Positions 11,400 to 23,231 of a stretch of DNA of 64,000 nucleotides are shown here, in pieces. Location: the NCBI GenBank assembly GCA_015680685.1, contig MNCI01000472.1:174531-238530 (forward strand), read 5' to 3'. Each line of letters starts with the position of its first letter. Positions within the stretch are counted from its first letter, which is position 1. The notes beneath the pieces were generated by a model. That model was not told the origin of the DNA. It did no database searches and saw only the letters and a list, made by a program, of their open reading frames with translations. Both the position numbers and the translations under genes were made by a program. Origin of the DNA: Gnetum montanum. Lineage: Eukaryota > Plantae > Gnetophyta.

Positions 11400-14200
11400 T
11401 CCTATAAGCTATGCAATCCCTATGCCTATCTTTCCTAAGGGAGCTTCACTACCTACTTTCACTAAGTATAATGGTGAAATGAGAGATCCCATGAATCATG
11501 TGATCATACTCAAGAATAAATGCATGCTTGTGGCGCATTCCCCACATATAGTGTTAAGATGATTTTCAAACTCTCTTTTTGGAAAACCTTTGGAATGGTA
11601 TAGGTCTTCAACACATGGATCTATCACCTCTCTAGAGTAACTACTAGAAAACTTCATTGAATACTTCAAGTTTAATATGCCTCAAAGCACAAGTGTGATG
11701 TCTTTCAATGCCATTAAATGAGCTCTAAATGAGACCATCAATGAATTCATTTCTCAATGGAAAATGACATAAATAAAAATATCTTATCATTTGAAGGAAC
11801 ATCATTTGCAAGACATCTTCAAAGCTATAATGATTCAATATATTCCAAAAAGGATTCCTCATCCTAAGCCTCATTCTCTAAATGATGCTTTCCTAGCCAC
11901 TAGAAGCATTGCGGAGACAACCATTCAATGCATTGATCAAGAATTCATGTCAATTAGTAACAAAGAAACATTATGTTGATAAAAGAGAAGGGACAACCAA
12001 CTTTTGTAGATGTTTTCTCTTTCTCCAAGGGACAAAACAATGCTTCCTCTTCTAATCAATAATGGAGGTCTCAAAGGAGTAGAGACCTATACACTAAGAT
12101 ACCTTTGAGATACTTTCTACTTCTAAATACTCTTCTTAGGGATGGTCATGTTAAGAAGAACTAGGTCTCCGATCAAGCAAGAGCATACTACTATTGCATA
12201 CAACTAATAGATATGAATCATTCTCAAAGACAAGAAGGTGAACCTAAGATTCCTAAGTGGTATGATTACTAAAAATGCTACTACTACCATGAGATTGCTA
12301 GACATGATATAGATAACTATAGGAATATGAAGGATAACATCAAGGATATCATTGATAGGGGTAAGAAAGTGGTGGAGAGTGATCCATTTATTATGCATTC
12401 AAACAACCAATAACTTGAAGTATTCCAGAATGCCTTGGAAGCTAGAGGCACAATGTTAGCTTTCAAGCCTAAATACAAATTGTGTAAGTCTCCATCCAAA
12501 GAACCTTATGTTATTCATTGGTCTAACTATAAATAGTCCAAGTAATCATCACTATAGCCTCATAACCTTATGTGATATGTTGGTCCAACTATGCTACTAC
12601 ACCATCTAAACCAAACCATTCTTCTCCACTTGTGTCACGTTCCCATTCCCAAATGATGCTGCTGCATAACGAAGATGGTTCCTCTTCATAACAAGTGTTA
12701 TTGTTATTTTAACAAGACTTGAAAGGGTAGTTGTAATTGAGACCCAAAAGGGGACAATGTAATAATGGACATATCTCTTGAGGTAACCTTTGGGGGTTTG
12801 ACCTAAGGCATTTATACTTGGGCTTAGAGTTCATGCTAGGCATGGAGTGGTGGAGCGGATACAGGCAAGTCATAGGAGCTGGGTGAAGCAAGATAGGAAT
12901 TGGACCAGCCATTCCTTCTAGTAGGTTGTAGGCCTAACCATGGTGGTAGTGCCAGATTGCCTCTAAGGGATAGATGTTGAAGAAAGAAAATCCCAAGTAA
13001 CACTCTCAGAGCATGATTCAGATATAATATTCCATATCAATAAAGCATTCTTTTCTTTTTCTTTTTGCATTTTTCCTATTATTTCCTATACGCATAATGT
13101 TGAATGTTACATATATGTCATGTTTGGCATATTGTCTTCTTACACATAATGTCTAATATAATGTATATTTGATGTTTTCCATGACATTCAGGGATGGGAT
13201 GTCATAACCTGCCTATCACATTCATGCTACTAATTCCCATTCTTCCACTTCTACTCAATCTACACATCCATCTAGCTCTCATCATGGTCCACATCACTTT
13301 AAACCCTAAACATCCACTATAGTCCAAACATCTTCTTTTCCTTCATCTACATGAAAATCCTTACTCATAGTCAATAGACCAATATCACTTTTAATTAAAC
13401 AAAAGGAGATGGTCATTGATACATCAAAGTAATCTTCTAAGATAAAAAAGAAGATTTCCTTCTAGAAATAACGAGAGACTACTTTCTCAAGTAGCCTTTC
13501 AACTTCTTCTAATCCTATACAACCAATCATAGTAGCACCTTCTCCACAAGCATCTCAACATACAAACAAAAATATCTTACATCAAATGACCACCATTTTC
13601 CATTCTAAAGATATTAACTTATTCTTGTGTGACATTATAGTAACCTATAAAGAGCATCATGCTATATTGTAGGATATTCTTAAGAGAATTCTGATCCCAA
13701 GTTACATCCTTGCTTAGACAGAAGCTATATCTTATTTCCTTCAAGTCCCTAACTATGGATTAGATAGTTTAAACTTTCATAATAAGAACATCAAGATTGA
13801 TTTGAAGATAGGGGATATTTATTAATTACTACTCTACATCACCATTAAAATGTCTCTAGAAGCATCACTCTTGCTTATACATGTTGATGATGGTGCCAGA
13901 GCAAACATGATCACATGGGTTATTATTAAGCATCTTGGTCTCCATGATCAGGTAATTTTTAATGAAACCTATATTAACCTTGTTTTTTTCAATGGTACAT
14001 GAGTAGAGGTTATATGTTTCATTCAATTACACTTCATGGTAGGTGATGTGGTACAATACGAAGCCATTTTCATGTTGATACACAAATGTCTTGTAGTCAA
14101 TGGTATACTAGAGCAACCTTGGCTAGGTCAACATTGAGCTCTATCTACTTCTATACATTAGGAGATACAAATCCCTATGCATAAACATGAGATAGTTATC
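11400..14200 (+). pseudogene. gag: Degenerate gag and aspartic protease of old Tat element
   Basis: PTFTKYNGEMRDPMNHV and F..SLFGKPLEWY gag-like motifs at about 11450-11600. Protease-like VDDGARAN at about 13883 and ILEQPWL at about 14105. Many stops. Confidence 0.6.
12633..13206 (+). mobile_element. Solo LTR (about 574 bp) nested in gag of the old Tat element
   Basis: TGTCAC..GTCATA termini, near TSD ACTTG/ACCTG, homologous to the LTR at 50327-50805. Confidence 0.7.
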
Positions 14201-16204
14201 TTTGCTCAAAAATAGATCCTATGTGTTTCTCACCTAAACTAAGAAGCACAATATTATTAGCTTAGTGGTAAACTAACTTATATCAAGCTTGAACCTATAG
14301 GAAAACTTAGAGTCCCATTTTCTCCTAAGAATTCTAAGATTACCTTAGATTTTGTAAACTTGAGAAATGAGTCTAATTCTGACATTGAGTTCATTGACTT
14401 AGCTTTTGGAGAATTAGACATATCTTTAGGTAAGAGGAAGGGTTCTCCTTATCCTTCTTATTCAACAACTCAAAAGTTCATTGCAAACATGATAACCTTG
14501 GATGTGTAAGCTCTTTACAACCTTTTTTATTTGTCACCAAGTGGTGAACGTCTACTAGTGCTTATTAGGATTTTTCTTTAACTATTTTTATTTTCTATCA
14601 ATAGGTAATAATGCTTAGTAAACAAAATTGATGTTACCTTTTTACTTAAACTCTTTCTCTTAATTACTTATTATTAGTGGACTATGTTGAGTTAATAAGT
14701 GATTATTAGCTTTGATGTGTCATGTTGATTTTAGTTGTTATTATGCAAAAGATAGCTAAGTCAAAATTGATGTGATAAAGAATCTTTGATTTTTTTAATC
14801 TTTGGTACAATTGACGCATGTGATAACTTTTGACATGATGTTTTATTTGTAACATCAAACACACTTGACATTTTACAAGAATCTTTGCATTAGATACAAA
14901 TGATGTAGAAATAATACAAAAATTATAATGCTTAGTAGCCTTATTTATTCCTAGCAACTTTCTCCTCTACCTCCTCAACAATCTACATCAAAGTTAGCTC
15001 CTCTACTAGTCTTTGGCTACTTTTCCTAGGGTCTACATATACAAAATCAAGTCAAACATAGTTTATTTTTATTTTATTCCTCAAATAACATAAAATACAA
15101 TGATTACCTAAGGTTTTGATGCATACCTTGAGTCTCTTTATAGATCTCTATGATCCACTATTCTATCTCCTCATAGCTCAGGTTGGTCATATCTAATTTG
15201 TTTAATGCTGAGCTTGGAATTTTCAATAGCATAGTTGCCTACTCTTCTTCATAGGCCTTTAGCTCTTCTAAGGAGATATCATCATCTTCCACTTCCATCA
15301 TAGATCCCTCTTCAGGATCTCTTTCTTCTTCTTCTAGTGTGGTAATTACCACATTATTTATAAAATTTTCAAATAGATCTTTCATCTTAGTTTGTTTAAT
15401 GAATAGACATCTTATTTCTCTATCTACATATAAAATTTTATTCTCCTTTAATAGCTTGTGGTATTCCCTTTTGTACTAGATCCTATTGATTTGATGCTTC
15501 CTTTTCCAACTCTTCCATGTTGCTGTTGAGTTCCTTAGACTAGTCATCAAGTGCATCATCACCAAGGCTAACTGCTTCCTCTCCATCCATGTTCTTTAGA
15601 ACTCTAGAGCTTTAATTATTTATCTTCAATATACATGGGAAGAAGACTTGTATCTAACTATGTTGCTTCCTCTAATCTCTACTTCCAAAAGCTTCACCTA
15701 GTTAGGTAGCATTGTTATTTAATGCTCATTCTTCTCTTTGTTCATTTGTGCTTGCTCAAATAAATCTAGAGGTATGGCATTGTTATTGGCATGTTTAATA
15801 ACCAATACTCTGCAACAATATTTTTTGTTGCTACATCAACATTTATTGTTGGATCATAAAATGTAACATGTTCTTTATCTAATTTTATTTTTATTTTTAC
15901 ATGGTACGCAAGAGAATGGTAGATTTCCTACCTCTAATAATGAACATTATTCTATAGTAATAATGTTCCTACTTACGTTCTCCAAGAGATAGTAACTTCA
16001 AATTTATCTACATATCCTCTGCCAAGCCTTCTAACATTATTTGCTTGTCCTTCACATAAGCCCAAATTTTCCTTTTTATCTCTAGCAAAGAGAAGAAAAT
16101 GGTTAAATATTTTTAACATCATTATAATAGACATACAAAATTTTGATGTAACATCATTTACATTTACCGTATAACGTGGAAAGCTTGGAACTTGTCACCT
16201 TCTT

Positions 16205-16736
16205 AATCCTGAAAGGCGCAAGCCAATGGATTTTCCCAAAAACCACGACATTCAGTTTTGTTTTTCCGATTTTCTGTTTTTTCTTTGGCAGCGTTAACAA
16301 TGGGCCTTTGGACTTACAGGAATTTGGGTTCGTTTGTAATACAGAAGCCTTTACATCCTTTGATAATTTAAATTTATGGAATTCAAAACCTATTGGTAGT
16401 CTATTAGGTCCTTTACTTACTTCCAACTCTTAGCTGATTCTTGATAATCCATTACCCACGGTGTTGTCTATTTTGCCAATATTAACAGGGAGTATGCTTT
16501 CTTGTGGTAAATAATCACCTCCTTTTTTTGTTATTCCAATCTTCACTCAAGAAAATAACTTGGCATTTTAATTTTACTTTCCAAGAAGGCTTCAACATCA
16601 AGATTATCTACCATTGGCTTGCTTTTAAGAATACCCATCAAATCATAATACTAAACTGCAAATTTACAACTAGGGATTGTGCTAATTTTGAACAAAATAT
16701 TCCAATTGTTCCATGTAATGGCCAAATGTGCCAACA
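16205..16736 (-). repeat. Truncated 3' LTR
   Basis: Matches 25331-26035, with 20 mismatches in the 249 bp compared. Ends GCCAACA next to the PPT. Confidence 0.9.
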
Positions 16737-16753
16737 TTTCTGCCCCCTTTTTT
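16737..16753 (-). promoter_or_regulatory. Polypurine tract
   Basis: Minus strand AAAAAAGGGGGCAGAAA directly precedes the TGTTGG LTR start. Confidence 0.85.
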
Positions 16754-16918
16754 CAAGACTAAAACATACTAAAAATTTCACTAAATTTTTACAACTGAAT
16801 AGAAATATTTTTTGAGGAAAATTCCCATTTCACATAAGGTGTGATGGGACAAAAACCGCATTCCTAAGCAAAATCAAACTGTACACAACAAACTATACAT
16901 TATCAAGTCCTTCTTGAA

Positions 16919-17431
16919 CTATTCTTGGGATGGAAACTGAATTTTGAGGGTTACCCTAGTGGGAATCCTCATCTCTCTAACTGTTTCATAGGAAATCTCT
17001 GATGTGATGAAGGCGGTCCTATTGTTTTCTGGCTTGGTGGAGCTCTCACCTTGATCTACATGAGCTTTCTCTTCGGCATTTTTCTCATTTTCTTTTTCGG
17101 ATGAGCTCTTCTGTTCCTCTTCATTAAGTCCTTTATTTTCCTCTCGGGAGACAAAAGCTTCTCCCCATCCCCATGATGACTCTTTATAAGTTGGTGGCTC
17201 TTTTCCTTTTTTCTCTTCTTTGGAGCAATCTTGATATTGCCCCCAAACATTGGACTCTATATCCAAACCTCTAGGGAGAAAAGAAAATTCATCAGACAAC
17301 CAAGCCATAGAAGGACACTCCTTTGGAGCTCCACAAGATCTAGCCTTTAGATAAGCTTTCAATACATGCTCAGAGCAACATCCCATCACATATGGAATAA
17401 AAGGCTTTCTCATTGCTCTCTCAAACTCCAT
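16919..17431 (-). CDS. Extra 3' ORF of the Tat element, unknown function (Cys-containing N half, E/K-rich C half)
   Basis: 170-aa open frame starting with ATG, between integrase and PPT, same sense as pol. Confidence 0.55.
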   Translation of the reverse strand: MEFERAMRKPFIPYVMGCCSEHVLKAYLKARSCGAPKECPSMAWLSDEFSFLPRGLDIESNVWGQYQDCSKEEKKGKEPPTYKESSWGWGEAFVSREENKGLNEEEQKSSSEKENEKNAEEKAHVDQGESSTKPENNRTAFITSEISYETVREMRIPTRVTLKIQFPSQE

Positions 17432-17769
17432 TAGCTCTCTATAACCTTCACTACCAAACTTGAATTAAAAGATGAAGAAATCTTAAGCAATCTAACCCTC
17501 CTTTTACAGGTGCTAAAATTTTTAACTTCCATCCAAGTGTCTTCAACCAAGATTTCTTCTTTTTAGGCATTTAAACCATTTGTCACAATCCTCACTAAGT
17601 GGTGGATGAGTCACCTTCCCCACTTGTCAAACTTGTAGAATTCCACTTGTTTCATTTGAGGAAAGATAATGTTCTAAATATAAATAAAACATAATTAAAT
17701 ATAATAATGGACACTATACTCCTAGTAATATTTACATAATACTATATACATATATTATTTTGAACATCT

Positions 17770-19052
17770 TCAAGTTGTATGCAATTGTCCCAAATAATGT
17801 TTTATATGCAAAACATTATATGGAAATTGTAATTCCATGCCATCCAAGGTTGATAATTTGTAAGTATCCTCTGACAATTGCTTTGTAACTTGAAAGGGAC
17901 TGACCCATGTCGAAGTAAATGTATTTGGTTTCTTCATATTCCATAATAAGACAAGGTCTCGTATCTTGAAATTCCTTTTCAAAGCTTTCCTATCAAACCA
18001 TCTTTTAACTTGAGAGGTATTTCGTAACAAATCATCCCTTGCTTTATCTACTTCAGCTGCTCTTCTAATAAGCAAAGTCATGAAACTTCTATCTTTATTA
18101 GTCTTTTCACTATATCTTTGTACAAATTCAGAAGCTAAGCTTATAATCTTGTTTGTAATTCTTGCTGGCAAACAATAGACTAAGTTATATGGTGATGTCC
18201 CAATAGCTTTCTTGAATCTAATTCAATCTGACCATAATACGGATTGTAGATAATCGATCCAATTTCCTGGATTCCCGTCCATCGATTTCTTAATATAAGC
18301 AATAAGCTTTTTATTGGTAGATTCTGCTAGGCCATTTCCTTGAGGATAATAATTTGATGAGGAAAATATGAAAATGGATTTTGCAGATGCCCACCCGATA
18401 AGCTCTTCAGATTTGAAGGCGGGTCCATTGTCTGATACTAATACTTCAGGTACACCAAATCTATTTAGAATGTGGGCTTCTAGAAACTTAATCACATCGG
18501 ATGCTAACTTCCTCTTAGAGCTTTTGCTTCAGATCATTTAGTGAAATAATCAGTAGCTGTGACAATAAACTTGTGTCCAGCTCTTGAAGGAGTAATTGTA
18601 CCAATAAAATCCAAACCCCATTGCTGAAATGGTCTATCTGCAACTACTAGCTTTAAAGGGGCTTTAGCCCTTTTAATCTTGGGTCCATGAATTTGACATT
18701 TATAGCATTTTTGAATCTTTGAACTAATGTCTTGATACATGGAAGGCCAGTAATATCCATATCGAAGTATATGTTGCATAGTTGATTTAAGGGATTCATA
18801 AAATAAATTCAAATGATCATGGAATTATTCCAAGATGAAACTAATTTGATCATTATGAACACATTCCAATAAAACTCCCCGAAAATCCTTTCTATATAAT
18901 ATACCATCTTTAACAACAAATCTTCGTGCTCTTTTGAAGAAAGCTCTCTTTTGACTTGCAGTTAAATTATTTGGGATTTTTTTTTGTACTAAGAAATTTG
19001 AAGATTTCATCATACTAATTCTCTTCATGGGTGTCAAGTGTACATACTTCAT
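17770..19052 (-). pseudogene. pol: Integrase (frameshifts/stops)
   Basis: GYYWP..CYKCQ zinc finger, WGLDFIG / SDNGPAF / NGLAESTNK DDE triad, GPY/F-like WVSPFQV. Confidence 0.93.
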
Positions 19053-20873
19053 TTTCTTTAGTCATTAACTTGGCTAGTCCCATTCCCTTAATTATCTTGC
19101 ATATTTCCAATGAAAATCTGAAACTTTGCAACTTAATAAGCCATTTTCCTCTTTTTAATCCAATCTCATTTTGGGATAGGAATCGCTTGACTGCAGGTTC
19201 AATTAGCATAATGTGGACTAATGAACTTTCCAAATAATATTTAAAATGTTGAAGTGCTTTGATGACTGCGAAAGCTTGTTTCTCTAAGTCTGAATAATTT
19301 AACTCTGAACCTTTCAACTGATACCCAAAAAAGCCAATTGGTTCATCTTGACCTTCATTATCCTTTTGTGTTAGGACAACAATGATAGAATCATTTGAAG
19401 CAAATGAGTATAACCAAAAATCTTCTTTAAGCCTAGGCTTTACCAAATACAGAGCCTCTTGTATAGCCTTTTTGATTTCTGATAAAGCTCTTTCTGATTC
19501 TAGTGTTTTCTCTACTTGGACATCCTTTTTTAGCATATACATCAAAGGTTTGGTAATTTCAGTAAACCCGAGGATGAACTTTTTCACAAAGTTTATCTTC
19601 CCAAAGAAAGATCTAAGAGATTTCTTACTTGTGGGATGCTCAATATTCTGTACTACTTGGATTCGGGAATTGTCTATGGAAATTCCTTCTTGACATATCA
19701 TGTGTCCTAATAAACTTCTGGATTTAACCCCGAAGATATACTTCTTAGGATTTAATGAAATACCGAACTCACGACATTTGTCGAAAACTTGTTGGAGATG
19801 ATTAATATGATCTTTTTTCTTTGAAAATATTGTAATATCATCCAAATAAACCACCACAAATTTGTCTAATAAATCCTTGAATGCTAAATCCATTGCTCGT
19901 TGAAAAGTAGCTCCAGCATTTGACAATCCAAATGGCATTCTTTGGTAGGCAAAAGTTCCCCATCTGGTGATAAATGATGTTTTATATCTATCATTCTTAT
20001 CTACAACGATTTGATTATAACCTGAGAAACTGTCAAAGAAAGAATATGCTTGACAACCTGAGACTTTAATCAGCATCTCATCAATTCTTGGAAGTGGATA
20101 CTTATCCTTTTTGAAGCATCATTCAGATTTCTAAAGTCTACACAAAGCCTTATATCACCATTTTTCTTTTTCACTAGAACAAGGTTAGCAAGCCATGTCG
20201 AATATCGTACTGGATATATGATTTGTGCTTGAAACAACTTCTTGATTTTAGCTTCCATAGCTGGTTCAAATGATGGATTAAATTTCCTTTGTTTTTGCTT
20301 GACTATTTTGCAACCTTCTATTAAAGGAATTTTATGTGTCATCACATCTTGCCTAAAAGCTTTAAGATCAGCATAGGACCAAGCAGAATTGTCCAAATTA
20401 TTTCTTAGACATGACAACAAGTCTTGATTGAAATTCGAATCTCTTTCCTTTGTAACATTCAACATCTTTGGCTTCTTGTCTAATCCAAAATTCACTACCT
20501 CGAAAGCTTGACTATATGGGTTTTGTAAATCCTTTCCAGTAAGTAAATTTTTCTTGAAATCATGTTCCAAATCAATCATCCTTTTTGGAATGAAATTAGC
20601 TTTGCAATTTGATGATTTTTCAAGTATTACTTGACCCTCAAATTCTTGTTTATTTTTCATAAATCTTAGTACTTGATCATCATCTTCAAATACTTGTAAA
20701 TGTCTTATATTATCTGGTACTGATGGCTGATGTTCTTCTTCAATCATGACATCTTTGTAACTCTCTAATAATTGCATATCCAATGTTGAAGCAGCCTTTG
20801 CCAAATTTTCTGCTATAAGATTCTCTGCTCTGTTTATATGCTCTATTTGGCAATGTTGAAACTGATCTAACAT
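19015..20873 (-). pseudogene. pol: Reverse transcriptase + RNase H (one frameshift at about 20070-20110)
   Basis: IRLCVDFRNLN, DSFSGYNQI, MPFGLSNAGATFQR, VYLDD, NYSDLEKQAFAV. Confidence 0.95.
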
Positions 20874-21170
20874 CTTACAAGAAAGTTGCTTATAAGTCTT
20901 AAGAATGAACTCTTTACGACATAGTTACCCTTTACTTATTCACAGACTAATCTCGAGTCTCTTTTTATAGTGATTACTTTGATCTTTTTGTCTAGAGCTA
21001 TTCTCATACCAATACATAAAGCTTCATACTCAGCCTTGTTGTTAGTACAAGGAAAAGATAAATGAATTACTTTGAGAATGTCAGGTGAATCATTCTTTAA
21101 TATAACTATACTGACTCCTGCACCTTTTGAATTACATGAACCATCAAAGTATAACTCCCATTTATCCTCT
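20790..21170 (-). pseudogene. Archaeal-like RNase H (aRH) upstream of RT
   Basis: WELYFDGS..GAG, CTNNKAEYEAL, DSRLV and HINRAENLIAENLAK. Confidence 0.9.
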
Positions 21171-21299
21171 TGCTTTAACTGTTCTTTTTCATAACTATAA
21201 TTTTCTTCGAGTGTACAAATTTTGTTTTCAACACCTCCTTTTTCAGCCATTTTACTTTTTCCGTTTGAAGTAATATTATCTATCATCAAAGGTTCACTA

Positions 21300-22102
21300 T
21301 AGATGTAGATTTGATTTGGTTCTCCTTTCTAAGGTAACCACATGTGAGAATAATTTGTTGATATGTAACCTGAGAAATTCTTACTCCAACTTCTACTTAA
21401 TAAGAGACTATGTGAATCTGGTATATCTGCCACTTGAATAGTTACTCTACTTCTTATGCGAGGTTCAGAAGCGATTTCCAAAAGAACACTTGGTAATTAA
21501 CCCACAATCTTCACTCTACTTTTATCTACTTGAACAATCTTTTTATTTGATTTTTCGGGAATCAAACCAAGTTTCTTACATATAGATAATGGCATTATAG
21601 TAGACGTAGCTCCAGAATCAACCAAACAATTGTGTAAGAATTTTTCCTCTAATTTCATTGTCAAAAGGAAAGGAGGAGCTTCCTTATCATATGAAGTTTT
21701 TAATTTCTCATCATTACTAGACACATAGCTTAACTCTGATTCTCTAGCTCTCCTTTTACCTTTAATGAACTCTAAAGCCTTTCTTTGCTGATCTCCTATT
21801 TGAAGCAATTGATAGAGGCTAATATTGGCTTTGACATGTTTAAGGTCTTCTATCAAATCATATTCTCCATCACCAATGAAACTTGATCTCTTTACCCATT
21901 TACTAAAAGACTGATTTGGAGTGCTTTGCTCCACTTGATTATCTTTACCTTTATTCTTATCTCTTCTACTTGGCTCAAAAGCTTTTCTCTTAGTAGATGG
22001 ATCAGTAATAACATTTGGGGGTCTAGAAGTAGTTAATCTTTCTTTTGATCGAAGAATATATCCATTTTCCTCATTGTTATTACATTCCTCATCTGATGAC
22101 AT
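21300..22102 (-). pseudogene. pol: gag C-terminus and aspartic protease
   Basis: YDLIEDL..ANISLYQLL and the active-site motif CLVDSGATSTIMP. Confidence 0.9.
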
Positions 22103-22164
22103 ATCTTCTTAAGAACTTAATAGAGAAGAAGTATCACTAGATCCATTGCTAGAAGATTTACTTG

Positions 22165-22944
22165 NNNNNNNNNNNNNNNNNNNNNNNNNNNNNNNNNNNN
22201 NNNNNNNNNNNNNNNNNNNNNNNNNNNNNNNNNNNNNNNNNNNNNNNNNNNNNNNNNNNNNNNNNNNNNNNNNNNNNNNNNNNNNNNNNNNNNNNNNNNN
22301 NNNNNNNNNNNNNNNNNNNNNNNNNNNNNNNNNNNNNNNNNNNNNNNNNNNNNNNNNNNNNNNNNNNNNNNNNNNNNNNNNNNNNNNNNNNNNNNNNNNN
22401 NNNNNNNNNNNNNNNNNNNNNNNNNNNNNNNNNNNNNNNNNNNNNNNNNNNNNNNNNNNNNNNNNNNNNNNNNNNNNNNNNNNNNNNNNNNNNNNNNNNN
22501 NNNNNNNNNNNNNNNNNNNNNNNNNNNNNNNNNNNNNNNNNNNNNNNNNNNNNNNNNNNNNNNNNNNNNNNNNNNNNNNNNNNNNNNNNNNNNNNNNNNN
22601 NNNNNNNNNNNNNNNNNNNNNNNNNNNNNNNNNNNNNNNNNNNNNNNNNNNNNNNNNNNNNNNNNNNNNNNNNNNNNNNNNNNNNNNNNNNNNNNNNNNN
22701 NNNNNNNNNNNNNNNNNNNNNNNNNNNNNNNNNNNNNNNNNNNNNNNNNNNNNNNNNNNNNNNNNNNNNNNNNNNNNNNNNNNNNNNNNNNNNNNNNNNN
22801 NNNNNNNNNNNNNNNNNNNNNNNNNNNNNNNNNNNNNNNNNNNNNNNNNNNNNNNNNNNNNNNNNNNNNNNNNNNNNNNNNNNNNNNNNNNNNNNNNNNN
22901 NNNNNNNNNNNNNNNNNNNNNNNNNNNNNNNNNNNNNNNNNNNN
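22165..22944. other. Assembly gap (780 N), where gag is expected
   Basis: N run. Confidence 1.
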
Positions 22945-23209
22945 GGATATAATGGGTGATCTTTTTGATCTTCTAGTTTTCACTCCACTACTTGTTCCCA
23001 ATTCAGAAACTTTCTTTTGTTCTTCTTCTGATGAAGAATCAGTCTTAGAATCTAGAATATCCTTTGAAACTTTTAAATTTTCCAAACTATTAATCTTCTT
23101 GGTCATGAACTGAAAATAGTATCTAATTTCTTAAGCCTTTATAGTAACAAAGAATTGTTGATGTGCTAAAATTATAAGGCTTATGAACCTAGAGGCTTAA
23201 TTTTCATCT

Positions 23210-23224
23210 CTCCTTCTAGCGCCA
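23210..23224 (-). promoter_or_regulatory. Primer binding site (tRNA-Asn)
   Basis: TGGCGCTAGAAGGAG is complementary to the plant tRNA-Asn(GUU) 3' end CTCCTTCTAGCGCCA. 7-nt spacer to the LTR. Confidence 0.88.
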
Positions 23225-23231
23225 AAAGAAT

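Noticed and set aside
22117-23106. Long ORFs in the track at 22117-23106 and 25539-25953
   Set aside because: They are artefacts of translating through N gaps.
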